Shown here in pieces: positions 38,705-49,597 of a stretch of DNA of 64,000 nt. Each line of letters starts with the position of its first letter. Position 1 is the stretch's first letter. Made by a program: the position numbers and the translations under genes. Source of the DNA: Phoronis australis (taxonomy: Eukaryota > Animalia > Phoronida); NCBI GenBank assembly GCA_002633005.1, contig NMRA01000110.1, positions 144,791-208,790 on the forward strand, written 5' to 3'. The notes under the pieces are model-generated. The model saw only the letters and a list, made by a program, of their open reading frames with translations. It searched no databases and was not told the DNA's origin.

Positions 38705-39454
38705 TGTAGTAACACTAGCACTAGTGACATCTATCTGTTAGCTTGAATACTAAAGTAAATTTATTTCACCAAAGTAAAGTCAAATCTAATCATTCTATGT
38801 CCCTGGTTCACTTTTGTAAACATTTCCTATTGTAACTTATGACTGAAGATCAAATGAAGGTTCAAATACTTAAAGTACATTTTGTTTTTAGTGTAGCAAT
38901 GGTCAACAAACCTAGTAATTCATAAAAGTAAGTCCTAAAGGTCTCACTTTTAGGGTGGAATTAATGTTATTTTCTGACGGGTAAATTTGATGATCATTAG
39001 GTAAATTGTGTACTAAATTCAGTTAACCTATGCCCTGACTAGTTGGTTTGGAAAAGTTAAAACTGCTTTTACTCAGTGTTTTAATGGAGCTCGATATAGA
39101 CCAAACTGCTGGTAGCTTTATCAAACCATTTCGCAGATTTTAATCCTAACATGGCAAACAGCAGCTCCAACATACAACCTTTCCCATACACTGCAGAAGC
39201 AATAATGCCGTCAAAATCAGGTCAGGCTTAATACCTCTGTTGGAGTGAATACGGAACCAGTTTGAACTGGGTATCCACACAACTATTATTTGAAATTACC
39301 ACCCAAAACAATACCTTAACAAACTAGCAATTACCAGTGGTCTATCGGTGACACTTCCAGACACCCATGCCAGAGAACTCTGGTTCAAATCCTGATAACC
39401 TTAAATTTTTACAAACAATAATTTCTAAAATATATAAAATACACCACTATCATA
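38705..39454 (-). mobile_element. Putative 3' LTR of the Gypsy element (far boundary uncertain)
   Basis: Follows polypurine tract GAGGGGGA (39465-39458, - strand); AATAAA on the - strand near 38760; candidate end ...GTTACTACA at 38705. Confidence 0.35.
39330..39400 (+). ncRNA. Degenerate tRNA-like (Gly-CCC-like) Pol III cassette within the LTR, antisense to the element
   Basis: A-box-like TGGTCTATCGG, B-box GGTTCAAATCC, central CACCCATGCCAGAGA resembling tRNA-Gly CTCCCACGCGGGAGA, and a T5 run at 39406-39410. Stems are imperfect, so not a functional tRNA. Confidence 0.55.
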
Positions 39455-42400
39455 TTGTCCCCCTCATAGTAGAATGACGTCCACGTCATCTGTTTGTCAC
39501 AATACTTATCACTGCTTCTCAAAGATCGCGATCAAGTTGCACACTTTTCCCAAGCATGATTCTAAAACTCTTAATTCTCTGAAGTCAGTCTGGAACATTG
39601 CAGGCAGTCGCTGCACTCACCAGTTGGTCTGGACTTCGTTTCAGTCGGGTTGATCGCCGTGATTCCTGCTGAAATGAACTTAATTGGCGAACTGCGTCAT
39701 TACCTGCACCTTGTCCCTCACCATCAGAGTCACAGATTGGTCATCAGAAATGATCACAATAACAGGATCTTCGTTCACACTCATAAAAGAATCCTGCTCC
39801 TCAACCTCACTTTCCTCAACACGGTCGTCATCATGTAAAAGAGAAGTTTCGCCGGCATTAACATTTTCTACATGGTCCACTGTGGCATTCATCTGTTATC
39901 CATGACCATCCTCTTCTATTTCTTCTGGCTGACGTAGTACAATAATAGTTCATCATGAAAAGCATCATCATTATTGTCGGATGAGGACAAGCTTGCAGAC
40001 GTTCTCGATCTCAAAGACTGACTCGGTCCAGTAATCCTTGGAGCTGGTTTCGGTCTAGGTAAAGTCCTGTTTTGTTTCCTTGGTGCTGCAGGTATCAGTC
40101 CTTATGATTCTTTTACTTTTCTTTCAGAATGTAAATAACCATCTGGCAACAACAGGTTTCTGTGTAGAACATGCTCGGACCCCGTTCCATTCTCTCTACT
40201 CACCACGAACACAGGAATATTTGGGTTTGGTATACTACGGACAATGTGAACTTCATCTTCCCATCTGTCTCCAATCTTGTACTTACCGTCAAAGGCAACA
40301 ATTTTCACCAAAACTCAGTCACGAACTTCCTCAGCAGCGCCTTGCATCTTACGGTCCTATAAACCCTTCTGTTTTGTCGTCGACTTATTGGCTTCTTAGG
40401 TTGCTAAATCAGACGCCTGCTTTAGTCGGTCTCTCAATCCCCTTGATATAACTATAAGACATCGAAGAACCTGTCCTATTTTGCTCTGAGTCCAAAAGCC
40501 AAGTCAATGGGTAGTCTAGGCTGTCCACCAAACATCAACACGAAAGAAGATTGATCAGTTGACTCATGACGGTTAGAATTATATGTGTGCACTAGCGGTC
40601 CAGTGTGACTCTTACAGTCATGTTTCTGATATGTACCTAGAGTCCCTAGCATGCTTAAAAAAGTGCGATTGAGTCTCTCAGTCATGCCATTTCTAGACAG
40701 ATGATAATTTGTGGTTCTTGACTTTTCGATTCCTGTCAACAAACATAATTCTTTAATGAGATTACCCTCAAAATTTGGACCCTGATCTGAATGTATTCGC
40801 TTCGGCAAACCATAATGTGCAGTAAACCCATTAAACAAAACTTCTGCCGTTGTCTTTGCTGTCTGGTTCTTGGTGGGTATAGCCTGGGCAAATCTTGTAA
40901 AGTGATCAGTAATAACCAATATGTTCTGGAACCCTCCTTTCGACATTTCCAGCGTGAGAAAATCAATACATACCAAGTCCAGTGGCTGCGTAGTGACTAT
41001 AATGATTTGCAAGAGGAGCACGAGCATCAATCGGTGACTTCCGTTTGACACAGCGACTGCAGTGCCAAATCCAATTTTCAACATCGGAATACATACCAGG
41101 AAAATAGAACCTATCTTTGAGAAGTGCCAATGTTCTATCCCTTCCAGGATATCCAACGTCGTTGTGTAGATACCTGAGTGCCTTCTTCACAAACGGTTGT
41201 GGAAGAACTAACTGATGTCGCATCACATCGTCTCATCGTTTCCCTGTAAAGAACACCAACGACCAATCTCAGCTAATTAAACACTCGTAACATATATACC
41301 CTCTTAGGTGTTACCGGTGCCTGATTAAAACTTGGCCTCCTGCCGTTCTTAACACATGAAATCCACCAGCGTAAATCCACGTCATCGTCCTGTGCCCTCC
41401 ACCAGTCACGAGTAGTCATAGCTGATAATTCAAACACACTGAAGTCATCCTCTTCAATCCGAACATCTACTGATAAACAAACATTCAATCATTAGGGTGA
41501 AAAACATCTGCATATCGCCTTAATACTGTCAGTGGATATCATCCCTTCATCTGGTTGCGTATTCCATGTTGCCGGTAGTCGTGATAGCGCGTCTGCGTTG
41601 TTTCTACCAGGTCTGTAAACGATGTCAAAATCGTAATGTGCTAAGGCTGCCAACCACCGATGACCAGTCGCATCCAGCCTGGCTGAGGTTAAAACGTAAG
41701 TCAGTGGATTATTATCGGTATACACTGTGAATCTGTGACCATACAAATAATCATTAAACTTCTCAGTTACAGCCCACTTTAAAGCAAGGAATATTCTAAA
41801 CAAAATGCTGCATAATTCTGTTCACTCTGACTAAGACCACGACAAGCGTAACTAATTACTCTTTTCTCACCATCGCTTTCTTGATATAGAACTGCTCCAA
41901 GTCCATGATGACTAGTGTCAGTGTGTAACTCGAATGGTAGTCTGTAATCAGGATAACTCAAAATAGGTGTTGAAGTCGAAATGCAAATGCAGCGTCGTCT
42001 TCCTTCCAACGCCACATACTCGAAGTTTCTTTCGGATTGTCTTTTCCTTTCCTCTCCGGAACTGGAGTGAGACCATATAATGGCGTAGCTATACGTGCAA
42101 AGTTTGGAACAAAGCTGCGATAGTAGCCTGTGAATCCCAAGAATTGTCGCACCTGCACCCCTGTGTTTGTCTGTGTTGGCCACTTCTTAATCTTTTCAAT
42201 CTTCTCCGGATCAGCTCCCACGCCATCCTTAGATACCACATATCCTAAGTACTTGACCTGAGACATCAGAAGAACACACTTCTTTGGAGTCAGTTTCAGT
42301 GCATTCTGTCATAATCTCTCCAAAACACCTCACAGTCAACGTAGATGTTCGTCGAGGGAATTACTAAAAATAATATCCAAATATATGACACATGTCTCTA

Positions 42401-42603
42401 AATGAAGATCACCAAGTGTTTCTTCCATCAGACGTTGATAAGCAGCTGGAGAATTGCATAAACCCATTGCCATGCGACTCCATTCATAGAACCCTAATGG
42501 ACCCACTGTAAACGCAGTACGCTCTTTATATTTTTCCTCGACATGCTTATGTGAAGTCAAGTTCAAAATTTAATTAATTCTGTATGCTTCACGAGGATTT
42601 GTA
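39455..42603 (-). mobile_element. Decayed, 5'-truncated Ty3/Gypsy LTR retrotransposon pol (RT-RNaseH-integrase)
   Basis: Frameshifted fragments in Gypsy order: RT (KERTAFTVGPLGFYEW...GLCNSPAAYQRLM...IYLD), RNase H (FELHTD...GLGAVLYQ; YTDNNPLTY), zinc-finger region (LHNDVGYPG...CSRC), integrase core (CIDFL...TDHFTRFAQA...HSDQG...NGMTER). Confidence 0.95.
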
Positions 42604-42640
42604 GATACTTGGCTGACAGTGGCTTGTATTCCTATTGCAG

Positions 42641-42781
42641 CACAATGGCGAGGTGTTCGCTGTTAAAACATTTGACAGTGCCGCCTGTTCCCGTGTGCCT
42701 GGGTTACAAGCGCGTGAGATTGAAGTTGTTCGTCAACTACGACATCCTAACATTGTAGAGGTGGTGTCAGTTGAAACTGAG
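42641..42781 (+). CDS. TBK1: TBK1/IKK-epsilon-family kinase, second coding exon (beta3 Lys, alphaC Glu)
   Basis: cctattgcag|HNGEVFAVKTFDSAACSRVPGLQAREIEVVRQLRHPNIVEVVSVETE|gtaaga; 141 nt, phase 0/0, colinear with TBK1 KTGDLFAIKVF...[24 protein letters not shown]. Confidence 0.9.
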
Positions 42782-44299
42782 GTAAGATGAACTTGACTTA
42801 CAGGTGCTAGTAGTGCAGTAGTGGATGACAGGACGCTCAATTCACCTTTAAAACATCTCCAATGTTTGCTTGATCATCATGTTCTAGTACTCCAAGGAAC
42901 TGCAGCCATAAAATGTGGTAAAATAATTGCCAAATTATTATTATATTGATTATATTTAAAAGTTTACAGTTCCATTTAAAAAAAAGATATTGCCCCTTTT
43001 TATTTCCCATTGTCTCCTAATGCTGTTGTGAATCCCTTCAGTCCTCTAACAATTGTTCAGCTTTTCAAAGCATTTTTTGAAGGTAGCTGAGGTATAGACC
43101 CTGTACTTATTGATTGTTATGGATCTTTATTTTCAAAAAACATGAACAGCTTCTTTTGAGTTCTTGATGCCTATAACTAGCTGGTCAGCCTTAATTGCTG
43201 GAAACTATTTTCCGATAGATATCTCAATTCCTGGGTTTTTGTTAACAAAATCACTATTACATGACCACTTTTAAAAATTCAGCATTTCACGTCATCCAAT
43301 TTTTACTCCTCTGTTCAGATTTCATGGTGTCCTTAGGTCTTCATGTCCCAAAATGAAGATGGAAAAAAGATCCTGGATGTGTTCAAGTCTTTTGATGAGA
43401 TTTGATTTGATAGGAAACTCTAATTACCCACTATGTGACCAAGTGAATTGTCGTCTATTGTTGACGGCCCTCCCGCAGATAGAACTGGTCCAGGTGACAT
43501 TAGATCAATTCATATGATTCCTCCAAATCTATCGTTATCTCGTTTAAGCGCATGTGACACCAATGAGAAAATAGGGAAAATTTCTTTTTATGTATGCCAC
43601 ATTGGTGAGATTTTGTGTAGCAGAATTGTTGAGTTAGGCTGTGAATGTGCTGATTCTTAAAGGAAACTCTCTTGAGTCTTTCAAATGTACCGTACTTCTC
43701 AGTATATAACTTGATGAAGGAGTTCACAAAAACATAAGACAGGCAGAGTTCAATTGCAGTTGAGAAAATCATGTACCCAAAGTCTCCAATACAATAAAAT
43801 GTGCAGCAGTCAAGTCCTGCCAACATCTGGAGAAAATCAACAAGTTAATGATTTCAAAGCATTATTTAGCATTTGAGCTACAAAAAGGAAGTTTGAAAGT
43901 GAATCTGGTTGTCTTCATGACTATCGATTTACTGATACATCTTGTGTTACTCTAGATACTGACTCTCATTGTATCAAAAGGCGCATACAGGTGTCCCATT
44001 GTTCAGCTCTGCCTATTCACATTGCAGGTTGTTGTTAATTGAGCGTTAATAATCTGTGCTGTATCTACAAATCAACTGCTTGTCTTGACATATCATTTGT
44101 CACAGTATGTGTTGGTTTGTGGTTTGAACATGAGGATATTGTCTGACCACAAATTTTAAGAATTGAGTGAATTTTGTGTCGTTTCACTAGAATCGGGGAA
44201 AGAGTGTGGTTTCTGGGACGACTGGAAAGTGTTGTGAGTGCCACCTGATAGGCAAGAATGAGAACAGACATCCAGGTTACAAGTGATGTGAATGACTGT

Positions 44300-44420
44300 G
44301 TGGAATGACAAATGAACAGCAGTGTGTTGTCAGGTACTTGCTGGAATGACAAATGAACAGCAGTGTGTTGACAGTTACTTGCTGGGATGACAATATGAAC
44401 ATCAGTGTGTTGTCAGTTAT
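44300..44420. repeat. 41-bp tandem repeat, 3 copies
   Basis: GAATGACAAATGAACAGCAGTGTGTTGTCAG recurs. Confidence 0.85.
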
Positions 44421-44729
44421 CAGGGGGAGGGGGACAGTTTTAGCCGTTTTTGGCTGCTAAGAAAGTTTAAAGATGAATGTATAGCTCTGGAGCTCAACTG
44501 ACTTAAGTTCAAATTTGACTAAGATCTCTTTATTGAAAGGACTTGGGACAACTTTAATTTTTATCTGAAATTTGACTGAAATTTGACATTTGTCTTAGGT
44601 AAGTCAGTTTTCTTGGAATGGGGCCCCAGAACTGTTACATGATAGGTCACCCCTACTCTGTTTTTCAGATGTGTGTCAGCTGTCAAATGGTTGACGTACA
44701 AACACTTAATAAACTGACAACAGGCACAT

Positions 44730-45004
44730 GTCTGGTAGTATGTCATACATGGTCTTCATAGCCATGCATTCATGTCCTGGCAGTATGTCACACTTGGTCT
44801 TTATAGCTATACATTCAAATCCTGACACTATGTCATACATGGTCTTCGTAACTATACATTCAAATCCCGACAGTATGTCACACAGGGTCTTCATAGCTGT
44901 ACATTCAAGTCCTGGAAGTATGTCATACTTGGTCTTCATAGCTATGCATTTAAGTCCTGGCAGTATGCCATACATGGTCTTCATAGCTATACATTCAAGT
45001 CCTG
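44730..45004. repeat. 45-bp minisatellite, 6 copies
   Basis: CAGTATGTCATACATGGTCTTCATAGCTATACATTCAAGTCCTGG units. Confidence 0.95.
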
Positions 45005-45399
45005 TCCTCAGAGACTTACCCTGAAACAAGTTACACTAGTGCAACTTCCCCCGACTTTAAGTTGGGGTTGTTCTCTCAATTTTTCCAAGTCCACATTGCA
45101 TTTGGAATTTGTGTCAGAGCTATTAAGCTTGCACAATTCACTACTTTGACTTTTATGGAAGCCAAGCAGTGGTTATAGGCTGGGCCTGAAAAATTGATTT
45201 GCACTTGAAAATATGGTTTGAGCCTTTAGCAGGTAGGTATTGAGTTCACTGAATGTGTAATCTATTCTGAATGTATAATTTTTAATATACATTGTTTTGT
45301 ATTGTGGACTGCAAAATATTTCATTACCCCACCAACCCTTTGTATGAACTTGATAAAGGCCACTGACCTAGATTGAGGACATTAGTTCATGCTCCTGTT

Positions 45400-45530
45400 C
45401 ACTACCTTGTCAGTGCAGCTACACTGTCACCCTTCTAGTGTATCACTACCTTGTCAGTGCAGCTACACTGTCACCCTTCTAGTGTATCACTACCTTGTCA
45501 GTGCAGCTACACTGTCACCCTTCTAGTGTA
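45400..45530. repeat. 44-bp tandem repeat, 3 copies
   Basis: CACTACCTTGTCAGTGCAGCTACACTGTCACCCTTCTAGTGTAT units. Confidence 0.95.
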
Positions 45531-45609
45531 CTGTTTGTCTCATCCCTGCGTTGTAATTATCATCTTGATTTTGATCATAAACATTTTCTCAAATTGTCTT
45601 ATTATTTTT

Positions 45610-46312
45610 GTCATTGATGTTGTTGTTGTTGTTGATGTTGTTTGTTGTTGTTCATTGTTGTTGTTCGTTGTTGTTGGTGTTTGTCATTCATTGTTTTTGT
45701 TGTTTGTTGTTTTTTCATTGTTGTTGTTCGTTGTTGTTGTTCACTGTTTGTTGTTGTTCACTGTTTGTTGTTGGTTGTTGTGGATATGAATACCCATTTT
45801 CCCATTGTCCGTAGATTGAGTTTGAATTATAAAGTCCCAGGTCATTTAGTGTAAACATGGGGTCATCAGGTGCATTTTTCTTCTTAAATTTTGACCAATT
45901 CATTCATCTTGTATTGTAAAGTGCTTAAAGTAAGATATCTCTGATTCTTAGCACTAACCACACTTTTTATTGAGTTTACATTTCTTTCCTAATCAGGGCT
46001 CGTAATGCACTGGAAAGGGTCAATTAGTGCAAAGGTCATCAAATTATCAACATGTATTTTCTCCTATAGTTTTATAGAATTCTTTTTCATATTGGTAAAA
46101 GGGTTGTTGTCAAAAACTTCCCACAACAATTCGAGTAATACGCACGCGCAGAGTATATTATTGTCATGCCGTGACAATAATCTTTCTAGTTGGTGTTTGT
46201 TGGTCATTGTTTTTGTTGTTTGTTGTTTTTTTCATTGTTGTTGTTTGTTGTTGTTCACTTTTTGTTGTTGGTTGTTGTTGTTGATGTGAATACCCATTTT
46301 CCCATTGTCCGT
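45610..46312. repeat. Two (GTT)n-rich blocks, each followed by the same unique tag
   Basis: Blocks at 45610-45785 and 46190-46290, both followed by TGAATACCCATTTTCCCATTGTCCGT. Confidence 0.85.
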
Positions 46313-46754
46313 GGACTGTACAGGTTTGTACATCATCACGTGTATTGGTTGTGCCAGGTAGACCCTGGCCATACTCTGTGACCTGGTGCATTAATTGAGA
46401 GTCATGTAGTGTAGGTCTACACACTGGAATGAATACCCTCAAAACTATTGTGCATTTAAACCTATGTCAGAATAAGTAAATAGTATTTTAGAAAGATTTC
46501 AGCTCACTTACATGTCATTCTTCCTGTCCTCATTCAACTTTAGTTTCCCTATAAAACTATTCACCTGAGCCATACTAAAGCACTTGCAGCTAAAAGCATG
46601 CTAAATGTTGGCTCGAGTCAAAGGTCATTCACTCCAAACTGTTCAAACTGTTAGGTTGAAAGTGTGGAGGAAGCGCTTCCAGGTGAGGTTAGACAGTCCT
46701 TATCATGACAACAATATGCACTCTATTTGCCAGTATTAGTGCTTATGTGTTCTA

Positions 46755-48514
46755 CCGTGAACGTTTGGGTTAACGCCCTGGGCGGTTAAATTAGCAAACC
46801 CAAAAAATCGGGTGTGGGCGGTTAACCAGACACGGGCGCTTAAACGTGAAACTTTAAAAAATCCAGGGTGGGCGGTTAACCGAACATGGGCGCTTATTAT
46901 GACAGGCAAGCGCCCTGGGCAGTTAATCTTACCTCGTGATCGAAGTACCCACAATACACACATAGTCGTAGGTCTACTCGAAACGCGTAGCACTTTTCAA
47001 AGAGCGTTATCGTCACGTCACCACGTGACGGGAAAATGTCATAACAGCGGATGATCCTAACAAAGGTTATCATGCCCTCAGATTAGTTATTCACTATTAA
47101 ATTTACAGAATTGCTGAGTAATAGCCCCTTGCCTTCCTGCGGTCTTGTTATTTAGCCCTGTAGTGTAGAGCGCAGACGACCAGTGACCACGCAGCCTCTA
47201 CTTGGATTGCAACTATTTATCTAGCTAAAGTGCGCGCGTGCAAGCTTCACGAGTTGCAGAGGTCACAGCAGACATCGGGTTTATGGTTACAGTCTCGTAC
47301 TAGCTGCCAAGTTCATAGTCAGAGAGCAGTTTTAAAATTGGTTGTAATAAAAGTTTGAAAACCTTAATTCAGATGTTTTGTGTGTTTGGGATGTTTATAG
47401 TCAACACTCCGTGACTCAATGACATTTTCAGCGTATGGTTCTGTGGCTTGCTGTTTTATCTCGACTGCCCGGCATTGCTCACTTGCCGTTGCGCCAAACA
47501 TGCTCGGCAAAGAAGTAGGCCTAAGACAAGAATCGGGGTTAAGCGGCCATGAGCCACTCGTCAATCAAGAATGAAATTTCGAGCCACGGCATAAATATGT
47601 GGTAAACTTTAACGCAACAAAACAGCGATGTTTCAATTCATAAACGACCACCTTACCAAACTTCGTGGTGGAAAAACATTTATTTTTCATGCAAGATGTC
47701 CAGATTATCCTATTTATATCACTTGCAATATCGCACTGCGGCACTGTTCGGTCACGTTGTTAGCGCGCAATGTCTCAGTCGGCTGACAATCGTGACTTGG
47801 AAATGCCGTCAAGTAATATAACGGCCTCTTTCAATATGCATCTCGTTTTTTATGGCCAAAGATAGCGGCAGGATTCAGCACGCGCGTAGGGCCTACGTGC
47901 GAGTCACCTGTCAATCACATGTTGGTGTCAAGGTAACATGCACTCCGAAGTGTGGGAACTTGCGCACGTGCACCACTACAAGTCACACATCAAAAGAGAA
48001 TAGCGACAGTCCTAAGTAACAGAAATGGGCGTGACTATATACTTCCATTGTCTCATTTCTCTGGCCTGATTTTTTCGAACATATGTTTTATCAAGTGCAC
48101 TGCAGACAAAAACTCAGCGCGGCAGACAAAGTCGCTGAAAGCGGAGGTTTTGACGCCGGCGGCGTTCTTAAACTTTGCAAACATGGGAAGAAAATAAAGT
48201 GACAAAAACGTTCCAAGTATTATATTTTGAAGTGAGTCCATGACCCAAGACAATAACTCATTACTTGTATAATTGCAATTCACATTGCTAAACCACCGTC
48301 TCGGAGGTCCGGCGTCGTTGCGCTCATTGTGATCATCGATCTTTTTCTAAAAGTCTTTGAATCGCGCGTTTCCTTAGCACTGGGCGCTAAATCTTCATTC
48401 TTTAAAAGTCGGGGATGGGCGCTTAACCGAGAGGTGGGCGGTTTAATCGAAAATCCACCTAAAGTAGGGGGTGGGCGGTCAACTGAGCATGGGCGTTAAC
48501 CCGAACGTTTACGG
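46755..48514. mobile_element. Non-autonomous Tc1/mariner (pogo-like) element, 1.76 kb
   Basis: TA|CCGTGAACGTTTGGGTTAACGCCC ... GGGCGTTAACCCGAACGTTTACGG|TA; subterminal GGGCGGTTAACC repeats at both ends; no intact transposase. Confidence 0.85.
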
Positions 48515-49597
48515 TAGAAGCAGGTGATTGGCACTTGTCAGTGAGCACTTGGTAGGATAAATTGATTGTTTGTGAGCTTTGATGGCTGGGCCTGTGGTGT
48601 GTTAGCTTGTTGTCTTGTGTCCAGTTCTTCGTAATTCCCATTTCTGATACAACATGTTATAGTGTGACCAGTCCTGTTATGCTACTTAATTGTTCTATGT
48701 GACCAATCCTGTAATGCTCCATGTCATGAGTGACCAGTCCTGTAACGCCATTTGTCATTTTTAAATAACATTCCCGTAACACCTCATAGTTCTGATGATG
48801 TCACAAATTAATAGATCCATTTGTGGGCTGTCTTTCCTGTCTGTGTTAGTTGTTCTTTAAAACAGACCTACGTTGTGCATTAGTTCCCGTTCCTTTGCAT
48901 TCTTTGATGTTTTTGTGGGTGTGTTTGAGATACGTACTGAAAGTTTGTCCACTCAAGATATTTCCTCCTTGTTTGTTTGATACCTGTCCTCAAGTAACTG
49001 AATGTTGTTGTCATTGCTGTTGTTTTCACTAAAATGACTGAAAATTCAGTGTTATTCAGTGATAACAAAAACACTGTTTAAATAGTCACATTTGAAAAGT
49101 CATTGTAATTAATGAGTTGCCCTTTGTAATGTGTCCTGCAGTAACCCCTGACCTAACTCAAATATTGCCCTAGTGTGCTATTTATTGTGTGCATGTAATA
49201 TCATGTCATATCATGGTTATCGAAAATATTCTACAGGAAATCATTTGGGATGTAAAGGTGTGTAACTGTAGAGTTACAATGAGGGTTTTTAAAAAATGGA
49301 AGTTCAGAAAACTGGCGTTATGAAGCAATTCAGACATAAAAACGATAATTTTCAATTGGTTTTGTACAAAGTGACTACAGTGTTTAGTCAATTACTGAAG
49401 GTGTTAAACCATCGTTATGGACATGACGAGTTGTACATGTAAGTAGGCTGTTCATTTGGCAAATTAAACTGTTTAATTAATTAAATGTTCTTTGCTAATT
49501 GTTTATTGGAATAGTTGCTGCAATACATATTTTTTGTCAAAGTTTGGTTTAGTTAATCATTTCTTTGTTCTGGCTAATAACCACTGCTTTTGTCAAC

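Noticed and set aside
39330-39400. Functional tRNA gene
   Set aside because: Acceptor and anticodon stems do not pair well; kept only as a tRNA-like cassette.
43500-43826. GDFG as a kinase DFG exon
   Set aside because: Wrong strand for the kinase, and no HRD or other kinase context.
44706-46442. Periodic and Cys/Val-rich ORFs
   Set aside because: Products of the 45-bp and 44-bp minisatellites and the (GTT)n tracts.
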